Shown one piece after another: positions 60,827 through 64,000 of a stretch of 64,000 bases of DNA. The stretch spans positions 35,481 to 99,480 of the forward strand of contig JBGAPO010000005.1 in NCBI GenBank assembly GCA_044221195.1. Direction: 5' to 3'. The stretch comes from Cyclobacteriaceae bacterium. GTDB lineage: Bacteria; Bacteroidota; Bacteroidia; Cytophagales; Cyclobacteriaceae. Each line of letters begins with the position of its first letter. Position 1 is the stretch's first letter. Both the position numbers and the translations under genes were made by a program. The notes beneath the pieces were generated by a model. That model worked only from the letters and a program-made list of their open reading frames with translations, searched no databases and was not told where the DNA came from.

Positions 60827-62065
60827 TCAGGGACGGATGTAATGGTAATAGGCCACGTAAGAAGGATAGTTTGTCAACAGCCCGTCGAACCTGCCTTGGT
60901 TGATAAACTGGTTGATATAAGCGGGGACATCGATTGTCCAGCAAATGGCTATGCGGCCTTCGGCTTGCACGCCGGCGACCAAGTCGTTCTGGGTTCCCAG
61001 GGTCCAGCGTGGGCCCCAGGCGCGGGAATTCAGTTCACGTGCCACATCGGGGCTTATCTCACAGAGGGTGGGTATGCTGGTGTATCCCGATTCAGCCTTC
61101 AACGCCGCTTCAACGTCATCGGCTGGCACGCCCATCAGGATCTCGATTGTACGACCCTTGCTGGCGGCATGGTCATACGCCGCTTCCTGGATGGGACGAA
61201 TGATGGATATAACCTTTGGATCCTTGATGTCGAGCCAAACAAACTCGATGGAAGTGCTGTCGATGGCATACGTGAGCACATCGGCCAGCTTGGGGATTCG
61301 TTCGCCGCGAATGAGGTAAACGAACGTATTTAATTGATCCCAGGTGAAGTTATCGATCGGCCCGTTGATGGGGCTCTTCTGGGTCAACCGGATATTGATA
61401 TCGTCATCATGATAGAGCACCGGCACGTTGTCCTTGGTTAGGCGCACGTCAATTTCAATCCCATTGGCCCCGAACCTTCCGGCATAGCCCACCATCGCAA
61501 TACTGTTTTCCGAGATCGGCAGGCGGTCGCTGGTCCGTCCTCCACCCCGGTGACCCACGACATAGAATTTCTTTGCCGTTACATTCGTACTGAAAGGGCG
61601 ACTGTAAGTGAATACCACATTCGCTGAAACGGCATTATTACCTCCGCCGAACTTCCCCTTGATGATCAAAGTCGATGGCATGATCCCCTTCAAGAGACTG
61701 GCGGCCCCTTCATTTTTGGCGATCATCATGTCCACCAGGCCGAAGGCGTCGCTGGTAGGTACGCGCCAATAACCCCTCAGGTAAATGACAGAATCCAGGG
61801 TACCTGTCTCGAAAGTGAGATAGTTCGTGCGCGTGAATATCGACAGGTATTTGCCGGACCATTTCACCACCGCGTCACTGCCAAAGTTTTCCTGGCCCGA
61901 AGTGACGCTGAAGACACCTTCCATCAGGGGCTTTGCCAGATCCGGAACGGCAGTTGCCCCGGGCGGGATGGAAGGCAGCACAGGAACATCAATAGGGTAT
62001 TCCGTTTGGCATGTCCATGAAACTGCGGCTACTAAACCCGTCAATATCCAACCTGAGAATCTCAT
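60827..62065 (-). CDS. glycerophosphodiester phosphodiesterase family protein with N-terminal extra domain
   Basis: GDPD motifs VVGHRGGG, ENSIAMV and IEIDVRLTKDNVPVLYHD lie in the C-terminal half. The N-terminal ~170 aa are of unknown fold. Confidence 0.75.
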   Translation of the reverse strand: MRFSGWILTGLVAAVSWTCQTEYPIDVPVLPSIPPGATAVPDLAKPLMEGVFSVTSGQENFGSDAVVKWSGKYLSIFTRTNYLTFETGTLDSVIYLRGYWRVPTSDAFGLVDMMIAKNEGAASLLKGIMPSTLIIKGKFGGGNNAVSANVVFTYSRPFSTNVTAKKFYVVGHRGGGRTSDRLPISENSIAMVGYAGRFGANGIEIDVRLTKDNVPVLYHDDDINIRLTQKSPINGPIDNFTWDQLNTFVYLIRGERIPKLADVLTYAIDSTSIEFVWLDIKDPKVISIIRPIQEAAYDHAASKGRTIEILMGVPADDVEAALKAESGYTSIPTLCEISPDVARELNSRAWGPRWTLGTQNDLVAGVQAEGRIAICWTIDVPAYINQFINQGRFDGLLTNYPSYVAYYHYIRP

Positions 62066-62808
62066 AGAATCAATCCGATATAGAACTCGGGAATATTATA
62101 ATAGCGGTTGAAGGTGGAAAAGGCTGGCCACGCCACGAAGTGATATTTCGCATAGCTGTTCTTCAGTCCCAGCACAAGCACCTTGTTCTTATGGATGCGC
62201 TGTTCCATATAAAGTGCTATGGTGTACCCGTTGTTGAAATTGCGGTCCGTGCTAATTTCGTTATCTCCCTGCTTGGTGCTGAAATAAGTAACGACCACCC
62301 ATTCGCCTTTCAGCGTGAAGGCCACATCCTTGAACCTCCATCCCACCGACGCATTGGGGTAATTGATCCAAGACTGTGCGCTGCTGGCAAATCCGAATTG
62401 GTTAAGGAAACCAAACGTATAGGCGACGTCATAGCCGAGGTTGAATGAAATGTTGTCTTTTTGATAATTCCACCGGGGGCCAACGGAAATCTGGTTGGAC
62501 ACAAACAGGCTTGAAAACCGGCTGTCGAGAACGAACCCTTTCGGTAGTCCGTAGTTGACGTGAAACTGGAACAGCGGCGCCTGCACGGCCGTTTCCAGCC
62601 AGTCGAACGGAAGTTTGACTTGTGACATCGCCAACTCCATCCGGAATTCTCTTGGTTGGAAACGGTGAGGAAAGTAGACGGATGACCGGGCGATATCGAA
62701 CGTATCCTTCTCCTGGGCGGTGGTAACAAACGGGGCCCCTGTGAAAAAGAGGATAATCAGTATTTTTGCCAGCGATTTCTCCGGCATGGAAGTTGGATAA
62801 CCGCTCAA
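62062..62808 (-). CDS. hypothetical outer-membrane beta-barrel protein
   Basis: Signal-like LAKILIILFFTGAPFVTTAQ. An internal Met at 62787 is a possible true start. Beta-rich, Y/F/N-rich. In an operon with the GDPD gene (4-nt overlap). Confidence 0.55.
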   Translation of the reverse strand: MSGYPTSMPEKSLAKILIILFFTGAPFVTTAQEKDTFDIARSSVYFPHRFQPREFRMELAMSQVKLPFDWLETAVQAPLFQFHVNYGLPKGFVLDSRFSSLFVSNQISVGPRWNYQKDNISFNLGYDVAYTFGFLNQFGFASSAQSWINYPNASVGWRFKDVAFTLKGEWVVVTYFSTKQGDNEISTDRNFNNGYTIALYMEQRIHKNKVLVLGLKNSYAKYHFVAWPAFSTFNRYYNIPEFYIGLIL

Positions 62809-62814
62809 AGGTAT

Positions 62815-63744
62815 ATGGCGCTGCAGGTTAGTCGAAATGATTTACGTCAGGTATGCGTCCTGTCAATGGGATTGCTGGCGGGAATATTCACGGCTAACGG
62901 TCAAACCGAAATTGGCTTTGTCAGCGATACCCAGGCCCCGATGTGGGTGGAAACGATTGTCCTTAAGACCAATCACAATGAAAAGGCCACCGGAAAAGTT
63001 TTCCATGACATTATTAAAACAAAGCCATCGTCACTATTTATACTGGGTGATGTGGTCAACCTCAGTTGCAAGGAAAAGCGGTGGCAGAACATGGACCGCT
63101 ACCTCGACAGCTGCCGGCAGGCGGGTATTCCCGTTTCCGCTTTGTTGGGCAATCATGACGTGATGAGCAACGCCCGTAAGGGGGAATCCAATTTTCAACG
63201 ACGGTTTCCCGACCACAACCGGACCGGTTACTACAAAATACTCGACTCCACAGCCTTTATCTTCCTGAATTCCAATTTTAAGAAATTAAGCCCGGTGGAT
63301 TTTGAAGCCCAGCAGCAATGGTATCAAAGCACCCTTTCATCCCTTGACGCCGACCCATCCGTTGCCGTAATTATCGTCGCCTGCCATCACGCGCCCTATT
63401 CAAACAGTACGATCGTGGGGTCTTCAGAATCCGTACAAAAGAACTTTGTCCCGGCTTACCTGAAGTCCCGGAAGGCCAAGCTCTTCATCACCGGCCACTC
63501 GCACAACTTTGAGCATTTCAGCATCCAGAGTAAAGACTTCCTGGTGGTTGGCGGCGGCGGCGGCCTCCACCAGCCGCTGTCGACCAAACCGGATCGTTTG
63601 CCCGACCTCGACACCACGTACAAGCCTCAGTTTCACTACCTCCTCATGCGGCGCACGCGCGGCTCGCTGCAGTTTACGTCACGGTATCTCGCAGATGATT
63701 TCTCGGGGTTTCAGGATGGGAAGACCTTCTCAATCGCCTATTAG
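62815..63744 (+). CDS. metallophosphoesterase (calcineurin-like)
   Basis: Contains FVSDTQ, ILGDVVN, LLGNHD, ACHHAP and TGHSHNF. The start is uncertain (alternative Met at 62866). Confidence 0.75.
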   Translation: MALQVSRNDLRQVCVLSMGLLAGIFTANGQTEIGFVSDTQAPMWVETIVLKTNHNEKATGKVFHDIIKTKPSSLFILGDVVNLSCKEKRWQNMDRYLDSCRQAGIPVSALLGNHDVMSNARKGESNFQRRFPDHNRTGYYKILDSTAFIFLNSNFKKLSPVDFEAQQQWYQSTLSSLDADPSVAVIIVACHHAPYSNSTIVGSSESVQKNFVPAYLKSRKAKLFITGHSHNFEHFSIQSKDFLVVGGGGGLHQPLSTKPDRLPDLDTTYKPQFHYLLMRRTRGSLQFTSRYLADDFSGFQDGKTFSIAY

Positions 63745-63745
63745 C

Positions 63746-64000
63746 ATGAAATTCCCTTGCTTGCTTTTGTTGCTTCTTCCTGTGCTTGCCCATGGCCAGT
63801 CCGACTGCAGCCTCGAATTGGATAAGGATAGTATCAAGGTTTACACCTGCATACGGCCCGATTCCCGTTACAAAACCGTTCAATCCTCTTTTACGGTGAA
63901 TGCCTCCTTGGGCGAACTCGCCGCGGCCATCCTTGACGTGGAGCGCTACGGAGCCTGGCAGTACAAGACACTGACCGCAAAAGTGCTCAAACAAGTAAGC
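63746..64000 (+). CDS. secreted START/SRPBCC-like lipid-binding domain protein (5' part; runs off window)
   Basis: Manual translation: MKFPCLLLLLLPVLAHGQSDCSLELDKDSIKVYTCIRPDSRYKTVQSSFTVNASLGELAAAILDVERYGAWQYKTLTAKVLKQVS. Open to the window end and not in the ORF track. The family call is tentative. Confidence 0.5.
   Translation, partial: MKFPCLLLLLLPVLAHGQSDCSLELDKDSIKVYTCIRPDSRYKTVQSSFTVNASLGELAAAILDVERYGAWQYKTLTAKVLKQVS

Noticed and set aside
1-64000. Mobile elements, prophage, integrative elements, and tRNA or rRNA genes.
   Set aside because: No integrase, transposase, recombinase or phage structural motifs were seen in any frame. No cloverleaf-like or rRNA-like sequence was noticed in the intergenic regions. 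The only island-like signal is the 39.0-41.6 kb block, reported as a finding.

Overview
The window looks like a chromosomal segment of a Bacteroidota genome, possibly Chitinophagaceae or Sphingobacteriia. Evidence: no Shine-Dalgarno sequences upstream of starts, a CarboxypepD_reg-type outer-membrane barrel, DUF1343/NamZ, DUF4412-like proteins and many lipoproteins. Hand counts on a few rows give roughly 55-58% GC. I call about 62 protein-coding genes, mostly housekeeping or metabolic: argS, fmt, folA, nth, msrB, cutC, menA, asnB, a DEAD-box helicase, HtrA, Hsp20, an ALDH7-like dehydrogenase and an acyl-CoA dehydrogenase. I found no rRNA, tRNA, CRISPR array, integrase or transposase. All family calls come from motif recognition by eye; no homology search was run.

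The most unusual signal is non-genic. Many intergenic spacers are filled almost end to end by phased short-period arrays in 7-, 7.5-, 8-, 9- and 11-nt registers, plus a 26-nt hairpin element. The same core motifs recur at unlinked loci: TTRGC, GTGAAC/GTAAAC and GGCACAT. Some arrays occur as inverted pairs that predict very long imperfect hairpins. They also generate several spurious low-complexity ORFs in the supplied track. I know of no described function for them, and they are my best candidate for something undescribed.

Gene-level oddities:
- An EF-G paralog whose catalytic His and NKxD motif are replaced.
- An outer-membrane barrel with a 173-aa linker and domain after the terminal Phe.
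- An orphan divergent MreB-like ATPase bracketed by arrays.
- A Tat-exported PLP enzyme next to an NSS transporter, cupin and 2OG-oxygenase operon.
- An arginine-centred neighbourhood: argS, a deoxyhypusine-synthase-like gene, an arginase-like gene and an arginine decarboxylase.
- A three-orphan block flanked by GGCACAT octads that includes an AT-rich gene.
- A split membrane AraC regulator.
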